A DNA stretch of 64,000 bases, from the NCBI GenBank assembly GCA_965248925.1, contig CBDFLE010000006.1, forward strand, positions 2,560,001 through 2,624,000, written 5' to 3'. The notes below the pieces were generated by a model. That model did no database searches. It saw only the letters and a list, made by a program, of their open reading frames with translations, and was not told the DNA's origin. Position numbers and translations under genes: made by a program. Positions 41,658 to 50,449 of this stretch are shown in pieces. Numbering within the stretch: position 1 is the stretch's first letter; every line of letters begins with the position of its first letter. Origin of the DNA: Candidatus Multivoradales bacterium (GTDB lineage Bacteria > Acidobacteriota > Thermoanaerobaculia > Multivoradales > J023).

Positions 41658-42007
41658 CCATTTCCCCACTGGGAATTTCACCACTGTCCTTCCAGAATGC
41701 TGTTCCCAGGCAGCTGGGCAGCCCCACCCGTGGGCTTAGGGTCCGCAAAGAAATAGCTTCCGCGTACCGCAGTACGCCGCAGGGAGCGCAACGCCGCAGG
41801 CGGCGTTGCATGAGAGGCCGAACACCGGAAGTTGTTCTTTCGCGGACCTCAAGGGCACAGATCTCGAAGAAAAACCTCTCTTCTGCCTACAAACTCTGGC
41901 ATCTAGGAAAACCAGGTGAATCGCCGATCGCCCCTTGGGTGCAAGCGCTAGGCTTCAGCTGTGGCATTCCATTTCCTATCAAATGCCGGTTTAGAAGGGT
42001 CGAGGAC

Positions 42008-42472
42008 ATGAAAGAAGACGTTCGGAGTGAAAGCGCGCCGCAGATTTCTGCCGGCCAGGCTCTGATCCGCGAGGGCATTCGCCTAGGCAAGAGCCAGCGA
42101 CTCGAGCAAGCGGTTCTCTGTTTGGTACAAGGACTCAGCCGGATCGAACCCACAACAGAGCCACGCTTGGTATTGAGCGCTCTGCACAATCTGGCGCTAT
42201 TCTTGGCTCATCTGGGGATGACTGTGATCGCCAAAGCGGTGGTCGAGCTAGCCGCGCCGCTTTACCACGACCACGGTGATGAGTTGATGGCGGTGCGCCT
42301 GGGTTGGCTCCAGGGAACTATCGCCCATATCTCAGGAGAACACCCTAAAGCGGCCAAATTACTTCGGCAAACGGTGACGTCGTTGCAAGAGTTGGATGCC
42401 GAAGCTCTCTTGAAACAGGCCGGCCAAGAACTTGCCGAGGTCGAACGCAAGCTCCGTCGTCGGGCGGCCTGA
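42008..42472 (+). CDS. Small TPR-like protein
   Basis: ALHNLALFLAHLG helical repeats; GAGGAC RBS before ATG 42008. Confidence 0.65.
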   Translation: MKEDVRSESAPQISAGQALIREGIRLGKSQRLEQAVLCLVQGLSRIEPTTEPRLVLSALHNLALFLAHLGMTVIAKAVVELAAPLYHDHGDELMAVRLGWLQGTIAHISGEHPKAAKLLRQTVTSLQELDAEALLKQAGQELAEVERKLRRRAA

Positions 42473-42520
42473 GTAAGAAGGAGCCTCTGTGCCATCACGC
42501 GCGGGCCCGTCCAAGGTCGA

Positions 42521-43966
42521 TCAGTCGATATAGCCCAAGGCTCGTAACTGCTCCAAGTCCTCGGCACTTATCGTCGGCGGAGGGAGGTCGTCAGACGCTT
42601 CCAGCCCCTCGCGCACCAGAACTAGCCAGTCGCGAAGAGACTGGCTAGGCTGACTGTCCAGCCGGACCGACGAACGAGACTCTCCCGGATCGGCCTGAAA
42701 GTCGAACAACTTGCGCAAATCCCCGCGGACCCTCCAGGTCTCTTTGGCTCTGCCCTCAACTCGGCCGACCGCCAGCAATCCTCGGCGCCGCGCTTGCGCG
42801 GAACCTTCGCGAACAGCTCCGCGATGGGCCTGATGCCAGGTCACTCTCCCCGCCGGCACTTCCGCGCCGTCTAAAACCCCCGACCAATCGTAGCCACGGA
42901 ACGAACTCACCGCCGGCAAGCCAATGAGCCCCAGCACGGTGGGCGCTAGGTCGAGACTGGAAGCGAGAGCATCGACCTGCACTGGTTTGACTCTTCCTTG
43001 CCAAGTAATACCCATCGGCACCCGCAGGCTCTCTTCATAGAGATGGCGCCCATGTCCCCAATAGCTGTGCTCGCCTAGGCTCTCGCCGTGGTCCGACAGG
43101 AACACCACCATGGTGTCCCGAGGCGAGGAGAATCGCCCCACCACCGACAAGAGCTCACCCACCGCCCGGTCGACGAACGCCACCTCGGTGTCATATCGGT
43201 CCGACGGGCTGTGATCGCCACCCTTGGCTATGCCGAGGCTTTCAGCAAGGTGCGCACGAAATCGGTACGGAGCATGAGGCTCGACGTAGTGCACCCAGAG
43301 CAAGAAGGGCCAGCGTTGATCCTCGGCCCGGTGCTGCTCAAGCCAGCTGACCGCCTGCCGGTTGAGATCTCCAGCATCGGCCTCGCCAGCAAAGAAGATC
43401 CAACGCCGTCGGGACAGCACCTCCTCAAAAGTGTCGAAATGCTCACCCAGGCCCGAAAGGGCATTTCGCAGGGTCCAATTGCCGACGAAGGCCGCCGTTT
43501 TGTAGCCTCTCCTGGCCAGCACCTTCGCCAGGGAAGGCAGTTGGGGTCGTAGGCTCAGCCCGTTGCGGGTCGAACCGTGCTCATGCGGGTGCAGGCTGGT
43601 CCACAGAGAACACATCGACGGCGCGGTCAGCGGCTCCGGCACCCGAGCCTGGGAAAAGCGCACACCGCGTTGCAAGAGCAGATCGATCGACGGCGTGGTT
43701 GGCCGCGAATAGCCGTTGATCGACAGGCGGTCGTAGCGCAGAGTATCCACGGTAATCAGCACTACGTTGGGAAAGCGTCGGCGCTCGTCCACTGAGACTG
43801 GCGCCGGCCCTGACGCCACTTCAGCCGCCACCAATGGCTCAGCGAGCCACCCTCCGCCAGAGACTAGAACACACAGCAGAGCGCAGACTTCAAGAACCGT
43901 CCGCCAGCGCCGGCCATTGAGGCGAAGGGGCAGGTTGGCTCGGGATTTCTTTGCTTCCGCTGTCAT
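42521..43966 (-). CDS. Sulfatase-like (alkaline phosphatase superfamily) exported hydrolase
   Basis: PNVVLITVDTLR, TAPSMCSLWTS, HYVEPHAPY, SDHGESLGEH, QLRALGY. Confidence 0.88.
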   Translation of the reverse strand: MTAEAKKSRANLPLRLNGRRWRTVLEVCALLCVLVSGGGWLAEPLVAAEVASGPAPVSVDERRRFPNVVLITVDTLRYDRLSINGYSRPTTPSIDLLLQRGVRFSQARVPEPLTAPSMCSLWTSLHPHEHGSTRNGLSLRPQLPSLAKVLARRGYKTAAFVGNWTLRNALSGLGEHFDTFEEVLSRRRWIFFAGEADAGDLNRQAVSWLEQHRAEDQRWPFLLWVHYVEPHAPYRFRAHLAESLGIAKGGDHSPSDRYDTEVAFVDRAVGELLSVVGRFSSPRDTMVVFLSDHGESLGEHSYWGHGRHLYEESLRVPMGITWQGRVKPVQVDALASSLDLAPTVLGLIGLPAVSSFRGYDWSGVLDGAEVPAGRVTWHQAHRGAVREGSAQARRRGLLAVGRVEGRAKETWRVRGDLRKLFDFQADPGESRSSVRLDSQPSQSLRDWLVLVREGLEASDDLPPPTISAEDLEQLRALGYID

Positions 43967-44093
43967 CTTCGGCCCGCTCCCTACTTGCCGAATCCGGGGA
44001 ACAGTAACCCACCGTGAAGAGCCCAGGTTTTCGCTCCGGCCGCTCACTGCTCTGTCCACCAAATTCTGCTTGGATTGCGTTCCAGAATCTAAC

Positions 44094-44128
44094 AAGCCCC
44101 CTGACGGAGATCTACCGTCAGAGGGCTT
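44094..44128 (-). terminator. Hairpin/terminator downstream of tRNA-Asn
   Basis: AAGCCCCCTGACGG-AGATCTA-CCGTCAGAGGGCTT. Confidence 0.65.
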
Positions 44129-44143
44129 GGAAACTGCGAAGAT

Positions 44144-44218
44144 TGGCTCCTCGGGAGGGACTTGAACCCCCAACCCATCGGTTAACAGCCGATTGCTCTA
44201 CCATTGAGCTACCGAGGA
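44144..44218 (-). tRNA. tRNA-Asn(GTT)
   Basis: TCCTCGGTAGCTCAATGGTAGAGCAATCGGCTGTTAACCGATGGGTTGGGGGTTCAAGTCCCTCCCGAGGAGCCA. Confidence 0.95.
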
Positions 44219-44241
44219 ATATCGGCCTTGCCGAGTCGGGA

Positions 44242-44270
44242 ATTCTAGGAGTGTCTGGCTTCGATGTCAA
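44242..44270 (-). promoter_or_regulatory. Near-consensus sigma70 promoter for tRNA-Asn
   Basis: TTGACA-17 bp-TAGAAT. Confidence 0.8.
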
Positions 44271-44290
44271 CGCTGCCGCCAATTCACCTC

Positions 44291-44953
44291 TCAGCTCTCG
44301 CTACGGCGGAGACCTTCGTCGATGAATAAGCGGCAAAAGGCCGCCAGGCAGCGCTCATTGATCCGCCGCACACTGGAGCGATGGGGGCCAACATTGGCCG
44401 CCACTTGCTGCTCCGCGCCACCGAGCTTGTATCGACTAAGAATCAAGCCGCGATACAGGGCCGGCAGGAAGTCCACCAGTCGATAGACCTCATCTTGCAA
44501 TTGTTTTCGCTGGCGCGGCGACAAATCGCCAGAGAAAAACATCTCTCTCAAAGTGAGATCCAACGCCTCGCAGACTTGACGCTTGCGTTGACGCAGAAAC
44601 AACATCGCCCGCAGTCGCGAGGTGCCGGTGAGGTCCTTCTCGCGTTCATCAACCTCCCGCCTTCGAGCGCTCAATGTCCAGCGCGCCTGGCGCAGCACAT
44701 CACCCGTCTCGTCAGCTGAAAGATTGACCGTCGCGAATAGCGTCCACAAGCGCGAACGCAGCTGCACCAAGGCAAAATCGAGAGGGTGATCGCTGACGCC
44801 ATCGTCGCGCGGCGGCACCAGGGGAGGGTCGGCAATCTTCGCTCGAAGGCTTCCAGGCGGTAGAATCTCCTGCTCACGAACATCTCTTGTTCGCGGCTCT
44901 ATGCCGAGATCGCGTGCTGGAAGAGGTTTCATGCCGTCTGACACCTCGCGCAC
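44291..44953 (-). CDS. Divergent ECF sigma-factor-like protein
   Basis: Region-4-like VDFLPALYRGLILSRY...QVAANVG...SVRRINERCL; weak region 2 (ETGDVLRQA). Confidence 0.55.
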   Translation of the reverse strand: MREVSDGMKPLPARDLGIEPRTRDVREQEILPPGSLRAKIADPPLVPPRDDGVSDHPLDFALVQLRSRLWTLFATVNLSADETGDVLRQARWTLSARRREVDEREKDLTGTSRLRAMLFLRQRKRQVCEALDLTLREMFFSGDLSPRQRKQLQDEVYRLVDFLPALYRGLILSRYKLGGAEQQVAANVGPHRSSVRRINERCLAAFCRLFIDEGLRRSES

Positions 44954-45104
44954 CGCCTGAAGCGGTCATTTACCTTCGGGAATCCTGCGAATCTCTCTCA
45001 GGTTACAACAAGCAAGACAGCGAAGAAAGTCCAATCTCAACATCAACGACAGATACACTGTCCCGACTTCAGCCTCTTACTACCTCTCGGAGCCCGCATC
45101 CAAA

Positions 45105-45518
45105 ATGACCCAAGCCAAGCTGGATAGAGGGGTCCACAACCCTCGGATCATCGATCTGATCACCCGCGACGAAGCCCGCGGCGAAGTCGTGTTGGCGATG
45201 ATCGAAGAGCGCCCCTGGGACACCCACCCGGAGCAGCTCGAGCAGCTCAACGACAAGCTCGACAGCTATCTCAGCTATGCTCTCGATGGTCATTTGGTCG
45301 AGCAATACCCGCAGTACGCGGGCTACCCGGTGCAACTACGCTTGGACTGCGTTAGCGAGCCTCGGGGCACCACCGTCGACCTGCTCAAGGCCGCCCGCCA
45401 GGTCGCGGCTCAATACGGCATTCGTCTGTTGACGCGAGTACTTGAGGCCGCTGAAATCGAACGTGCGCCGTGGGAGACCGCCCCGCCAGACGGTCGCGGC
45501 GGCGGCGATAGCAAGTGA
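45105..45518 (+). CDS. Conserved hypothetical protein (DUF6572-like)
   Basis: NPRIIDLI...RPWD...LNDKLDSYLSYALDG pattern. Confidence 0.65.
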   Translation: MTQAKLDRGVHNPRIIDLITRDEARGEVVLAMIEERPWDTHPEQLEQLNDKLDSYLSYALDGHLVEQYPQYAGYPVQLRLDCVSEPRGTTVDLLKAARQVAAQYGIRLLTRVLEAAEIERAPWETAPPDGRGGGDSK

Positions 45519-45546
45519 CTACCAGGACTAACACTCGGCGCCGCCC

Positions 45547-46047
45547 TCACGCCAGCCGAGGAATCTGGCGTAGTCTTACGTTGGCTAGTGGGCAGTCCTC
45601 GCAGGGCCGCTCTCCCGGCCAATTCGGTCCGCGGCCGAGGCCAGACCAGCTGTCGCCGGTTTCAAGGTCGTAGTACATCGGCGGTGCCTTGGCCCTGCCA
45701 TCGATCGTCAGCCGTGGATAGGAGATCTTCCTTGGGCAACAGCCGCCCCCGGCCGCTCGCCGGGCAGCAGACCGAAAGCCTCTCGCATCTCAGTGGCGAT
45801 CACCCACAGGCGCTCACACCAAAGCTTGAGCGGTCCGCTCAATGGTGTCTCGCCATGGTCCGAGTACTCATCGAGCCCGCGCAAGGCCCGCTCGATGTCG
45901 AGCAGTCCACCGCGTACTTCCCATTCTCGATCGTGCCCGGAGATGGCCGAGGCACCCCGTTCGATGTAAATCAGGATGCCGAAGCGGCGCACCAGCTCCG
46001 AGCGGGCGGGTGAGAGTCCGGCCAAACAAGCTTCCCGGAAGGGATGT
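45547..46047 (-). pseudogene. IS-truncated, frameshifted gene with an H-NS-like C-terminus
   Basis: ORF cut by the IS end; an overlapping frame reads KAPPMYYDLETGDSWSGLGRGPNW...LA* (stop at 45547). Confidence 0.5.
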
Positions 46048-46402
46048 TGCCTATTCCGACGAAACTGACCAGCCATTCCGATCGAAACCGACCACTTGTC
46101 GGAGCGAAGCGACGCTGGCGCTCTCCTCAGTTGTAAGTGTCCACTTTCGCTGTAGCTGGAGCCCTCCTTCCGGCTCTTCTTCTTGATTGATTGTATTCAA
46201 ATAACCCGTCGTCGGGGCTGTGCGTAGCTGTGGGAAACGCAGGTTGGGGGGCAGGGGGGCGTTTTCCAAGCGGTTGTGGGAATCGCAGAGCGATTTCCAC
46301 AACCGCGGCAGCTTCCACAGTCCATCTTGGGTCGGGTCCGGATCGGGCCGCAGGCCCGCTGATGGGTCCGGATCGGCGATCGCTTCAGCATGCTCTTGGA
46401 TC

Positions 46403-47167
46403 TCACCTTGCCTCTCGCTGGGCGGCCTTGCGAATACCGCCGGCTCTCTTCGCCCGCATGGAGTCACCGTCCACCGCGAGCTTGTAGGCGCCGTGGACAA
46501 TGCGATCGAGGATGGCGTCGGCCAAGGTCGGATCGCCGATGACCTCGTACCAGCTCTCAACCGGTAGCTGGGAGGTCACCAGCGTGGAGCGGTTGCCGTA
46601 GCGGTCCTCAAGAATCTCGAGCAGGTCGCGCCGCTCGCTGGCCCCGATCGGCGCCAGCCCCCAGTCGTCGAGGATGAGCAGGTCTGTGCGAGCATAGCTC
46701 TTGAGCAGCTTCTCGTAGCTACCATCACCCCGCGCGATGGCGAGCTGGCGAAACAGCCTCGGCACCCGCAGGTACAAAGCGGTGTAACCCTCCCGACATG
46801 CCTTGTGCGCGAAGGCGCAGGCGAGAAAGGTCTTGCCCACCCCGGCCTTGCCGGTGATCAGCACGTTGAGATGCTCGGCGATCCACTGGCACGAGGCCAG
46901 GCGCAGGATCTGGCCTTTGTCCAGGCCCCTCTTGGCTCGCCAGTCGATGTCTTCGATGGCCGCCTGCTCGCGCAGCTTGGCTTTTCGCAACCGCGCTATC
47001 AAGCGGCGGCTGGATCGCTCGGTCGCTTCGCGCTCGACCAGCAGCCCGAGGCGCTCTTCGAAGGAGAGCTCTGAGACATCGACCATCGACAGCTGCTCCT
47101 CAAAGGCTTTGGCCATACCGTGGAGCTTGAGCGCGGCGAGTTGATCGAGCGTCGCGTGCCTCAGCAT
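46403..47167 (-). CDS. istB: IS21 helper ATPase IstB
   Basis: GKAGVGKT, LILDDWG, TSQLP, ADAILDR; ATGCTGA coupling with istA. Confidence 0.95.
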   Translation of the reverse strand: MLRHATLDQLAALKLHGMAKAFEEQLSMVDVSELSFEERLGLLVEREATERSSRRLIARLRKAKLREQAAIEDIDWRAKRGLDKGQILRLASCQWIAEHLNVLITGKAGVGKTFLACAFAHKACREGYTALYLRVPRLFRQLAIARGDGSYEKLLKSYARTDLLILDDWGLAPIGASERRDLLEILEDRYGNRSTLVTSQLPVESWYEVIGDPTLADAILDRIVHGAYKLAVDGDSMRAKRAGGIRKAAQREAR

Positions 47168-48735
47168 GGCGGCGTCTCCTCGCGGCGCGCGGCACTGTAG
47201 TAGCTGGCGCCGCGGACGTTGCGGTGCTCGATCGGCGCCGTCACTTCGGTGGGCTCGGGCGCTGCTTGCTGGTCCAGGCCGCTCTTCAGGATCGACTTCA
47301 CGCTCTTGTAGGACAGGCCGTGAATGGCGAGCGCGCGGCGGCACGCAGCCTCCAAACGATTGGCACCATAGGTCTTGCCCAGGCGCATCAGCCCCAGACA
47401 CGAGCGAAAGCCGTGCTGAGGATGGGAGCGGTTAAGCATGATGGTCTCCACCAGTTCGGCCGTCGCCTGGCCTGTTTTCGCCGCCCAGCTGATCAGCCGT
47501 GTCGGTGTCCACTCCAGGTACGCCTGGTGCGCTTTGGGCATGTGCTCGCTCTGGGTCGTGTGCCGACCCCGACACCGATTGCGACGATGAGCAGCCACAC
47601 GCTTGCCGCGATCGAGCACCTCCACCATGTGCGCCGTCGCCCGCAGATCGAGCTGCTTCTTGATCAGCTGGTACGGCACACTGTAATAGTGGCCCTCGAA
47701 CTCGACGTGGTAGTCCGGGGCAACGCGTACCTTCTTCCATTCGGCAAGCTCGTAGGGCTGGAGCGGCAAAGCACCCAGAGCAGGACGATCGACCTGCTCG
47801 AACAGCGCTCGGCGCGAGACGCCCAACACCTTCAGCGGACGGTCGTTAAGCTCGACCAGAAGCTTCGCGATGCTCTCGTTGAGCTCTCGCAGGCTGAAGA
47901 ACTGCTGGTTACGCAGCCGGGCCAGAATCCAGCGCTCCACTTGCAATACACCATTTTCGACCTTCGCCTTGTCTTGGGGCTTCCTCACCCGCGCCGGCAC
48001 CACCGCCACGCCGTAGTGCTCGGCCAACTCCGCGTAGGTGCGATTGATCTCCGGCTCGTAGCGGCACGGGCTGGTCACGCCGCTCTTCAGATTGTCCGGC
48101 ACCACCAGCTCGCTCACCCCGCCCAGAGCCGCGAAGGTCCGCACATGAGAGCCGATCCAGTCCTCCAGGCCCTGGCTCCACGTTGCTTCGGCATAGGTGT
48201 AATTGCTCGCCCCCAGCACCGCCACGAAGATCTGCGCTTCGCGCGCTTTGCCAGTCGCCGGGTCGATCACCCTCACGGTCTGTCCGGCGTAGTCGACGAA
48301 CAGCTTCTCGCCCGCCCGGTAGGCTTGGCGCAGGCACACATCCAGGCGCCCTTCCCAGATCCGGTACAGCTGACAGAAGCGGCTGAGACCGTAGCCGTCA
48401 GGATGGTCCTCCCGGTACTCCTGCCACAGCAGCGACAGGGTTACGCACTTCTTCTTCAGCTCGCCATGCACCTTGGTCCAGTCGGGCAAGGCTCGCTGAC
48501 CACCCCTCCGAAGCGGCTGCGGCCGAGGGTACAGGCGTTGCTCCAGCTCAGCGTCGCTCAAAGCTGCTACTTGCTCCCAGCTCAGGCCTTCAACCTTGGC
48601 TCGCAGCAGGTAGTTGCACACCGTCCCGTGGCCCAGCCGAACCGACCGTCCGATCTGGCGGTGCGACAGGCCATGCTGCCATTTCAGTCTCAGTACCTCG
48701 CGTATCTTGCGCATCGATGTCCTCACTCTCGGCAT
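47161..48735 (-). CDS. istA: IS21 DDE transposase IstA
   Basis: HTH, FVDYAG, VPDNLKS, KPQDKAKVE. Confidence 0.95.
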   Translation of the reverse strand: MPRVRTSMRKIREVLRLKWQHGLSHRQIGRSVRLGHGTVCNYLLRAKVEGLSWEQVAALSDAELEQRLYPRPQPLRRGGQRALPDWTKVHGELKKKCVTLSLLWQEYREDHPDGYGLSRFCQLYRIWEGRLDVCLRQAYRAGEKLFVDYAGQTVRVIDPATGKAREAQIFVAVLGASNYTYAEATWSQGLEDWIGSHVRTFAALGGVSELVVPDNLKSGVTSPCRYEPEINRTYAELAEHYGVAVVPARVRKPQDKAKVENGVLQVERWILARLRNQQFFSLRELNESIAKLLVELNDRPLKVLGVSRRALFEQVDRPALGALPLQPYELAEWKKVRVAPDYHVEFEGHYYSVPYQLIKKQLDLRATAHMVEVLDRGKRVAAHRRNRCRGRHTTQSEHMPKAHQAYLEWTPTRLISWAAKTGQATAELVETIMLNRSHPQHGFRSCLGLMRLGKTYGANRLEAACRRALAIHGLSYKSVKSILKSGLDQQAAPEPTEVTAPIEHRNVRGASYYSAARREETPPC

Positions 48736-48995
48736 CCAATCCTCCTTTCAAGGAGGCTGGAATACCCCAATTGTGAGGAGCGCGCTACCGTCGAACTCCG
48801 CCGTGGCCAGGATTCCGATCCAATCTGACCACCCATTCCGATCGACCCGGAAAAGTGGTCACTTTCGATCGGAATCGATGGTCAGATTCCGTTGGAATCA
48901 CTGGTCACTTTCAATCGGAATCGGTGGTCGGTTTCCGTCGGTGCAGGCATTGGCCGTGGTACGACCAAGGGGAGCACCTCACCAGGTACACGAAT

Positions 48996-49067
48996 GCCCG
49001 GCCGAAACCGGGCAGCTACGAATCGGCTGGCACCTAAGCTGCGGGCAGCTACGAATCGGCTGGCACC
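48996..49067 (-). repeat. REP-like repeat: one full copy (48996-49035) and one partial copy (49042-49067)
   Basis: Minus strand AGGTGCCAGCCGATTC-GTAG-CT-GCCCGG-TTTCGG-CCGGGC. Confidence 0.8.
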
Positions 49068-49158
49068 CACGCCCAGGGCTCTTCATAATGTGCCGGATAC
49101 CTATTTCTGGCTGAGAATTCCGACTCGTCTCTTGATCGCACCTCCCCGGCCAAGCCCA

Positions 49159-49632
49159 CTAGTAACTCCGAGAATACTCGATCCTCAAATCGAAGTTCTG
49201 ATGCCCGATGCTTATTTTCAGATCCAAGAAGAGAGCGTCTCCCAAGACAAGATCTGCCTGAGACCCAAGATCGAAGGCTAAATTAATCCGTCCTTTTGCA
49301 CCTGCTTCGATGAGCGAAAACTCGTCGCCTTCTGACTTATAGACCCGCTCGCCTACCGCAAGAGTAGCTGAGCTAACAGAAAAAGCTCGGCCCGACAAAT
49401 TGGTCACTAAAAACTCGGGGCCGAACCATTCACTTCCGAGGAGCCCACCGGAACCGAGGCTGACGAACTTAACACCCCGCCACGAGAGAGTTCGCCTGAA
49501 CTCCGACTCAGCCTCCCACCCGACAGGGTCGTATCTAAGGCCTGGGTCACAGGCGACAAAGGTCACCAGAAATACTACCAGAGATGCCAAGTTCAACCCC
49601 GGCACAGGTCTTACGCTAGAGAATTTGCACAC
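49159..49632 (-). CDS. Putative immunity lipoprotein
   Basis: Lipobox LVTFVAC; overlaps the end of the upstream toxin tip; low GC. Confidence 0.6.
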   Translation of the reverse strand: MCKFSSVRPVPGLNLASLVVFLVTFVACDPGLRYDPVGWEAESEFRRTLSWRGVKFVSLGSGGLLGSEWFGPEFLVTNLSGRAFSVSSATLAVGERVYKSEGDEFSLIEAGAKGRINLAFDLGSQADLVLGDALFLDLKISIGHQNFDLRIEYSRSY

Positions 49633-49990
49633 AGTAAACTTTCCCTTCAATAAACTGATAACCCTCTCGCAATTGACACTCAGAAAGGGCTTCTCGGATC
49701 GCATCTCTGACGGACTCAGTGTCTGATTCATTCAGCTCCTCTCCCTCTTGAATGTTATTCAAGATGCCTGGGTTGTCGGCAAGAAATGAGTTGACGGCGT
49801 CCTGAAAATCACTAGCCCGGCGCTCGAATGATATGGCCTCATACGCCTCTTTCTTACTGGCTCCTTCCTTACGGTTCTTCCGATACTCACTCAGGTACTT
49901 CCTGGCGAATCCAAGTTTCCCAAGCTTCTGGTACTGCCCGACATGGATCAACTCGTGGCCAATCAACGCCACGCTCCCTGGACGATAAGC
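49616..49990 (-). pseudogene. Orphan toxin tip fragment, HExxH zincin (DUF4157-like)
   Basis: ALIGHELIHVGQYQKLG..F...YL...AY.AISFERRA; no credible start; begins just after the REP-like repeat. Confidence 0.6.
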
Positions 49991-50004
49991 CCAGAAGCAC
50001 CAAA

Positions 50005-50044
50005 GCCCGGCCGAAACCGGGCTGCTACGAATCGATTGGCACCT
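50005..50044 (-). repeat. REP-like repeat, second full copy
   Basis: GCCCGGCCGAAACCGGGCTGCTACGAATCGATTGGCACCT; 37/40 identical to the 48996 copy. Confidence 0.85.
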
Positions 50045-50080
50045 CTTCAGCTTTGTACTCACTGCAAGTTGAAGAGAATC

Positions 50081-50449
50081 TCATTTTCTAGGAGAGCCAA
50101 TTTTCCGGCGCCCTAGAGAATACGCCACCAAGCATCCTATGAGGAAATACTTAACTCCACCGAGAAAAATTACAACAAACATTTCTCCTAAGAATGCTGC
50201 GTGGGTGGAATCGCGAAACAGATTCGCCACCGGGCCGATAGTCCGCATTTGAAAACCGTGAGAGTTAAGAAATTGTCCAACCGGAAAATGAAAAATTCGC
50301 TCTATTCTCGCCACGTCAGCGCCGAAAGATCCCCAATATTGAACTCGAAGACACATAAGAATGGGCACAAGGCTTGCGTGGGCCAAGAAAAAGACCATTC
50401 CCCAAGTGACTATCTTTTTCGCAGAATTAATCACCAGGATTTCCACCAT
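50081..50449 (-). CDS. Putative membrane immunity protein for the Rhs C-terminal domain
   Basis: Two TM helices; overlaps the Rhs stop; AT-rich. Confidence 0.6.
   Translation of the reverse strand: MVEILVINSAKKIVTWGMVFFLAHASLVPILMCLRVQYWGSFGADVARIERIFHFPVGQFLNSHGFQMRTIGPVANLFRDSTHAAFLGEMFVVIFLGGVKYFLIGCLVAYSLGRRKIGSPRK

Larger units (their letters stand above)
46048..48949 (-). mobile_element. IS21-family insertion sequence (about 2.9 kb)
   Basis: Ends TGCCTATTCCGACGAAACTGACC and GGTCGGTTTCCGTCGGTGCAGGCA (TG...CA); multiple subterminal repeats; istA-istB. Confidence 0.92.

Noticed and set aside
43967-44173. N-terminal extension of the sulfatase ORF
   Set aside because: It runs through tRNA-Asn and its terminator; the true start is downstream
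47224-48828. 534-aa plus-strand ORF (and similar long shadows such as 29266-30507 and 37547-38530)
   Set aside because: Antisense shadows of well-supported genes in GC-rich DNA
48825-48945. Repeat cluster as an independent element
   Set aside because: These are the normal subterminal transposase-binding repeats of IS21 and are mirrored at 46052-46095
48996-50044. CRISPR array
   Set aside because: Only three repeat copies with very unequal spacing and no cas genes
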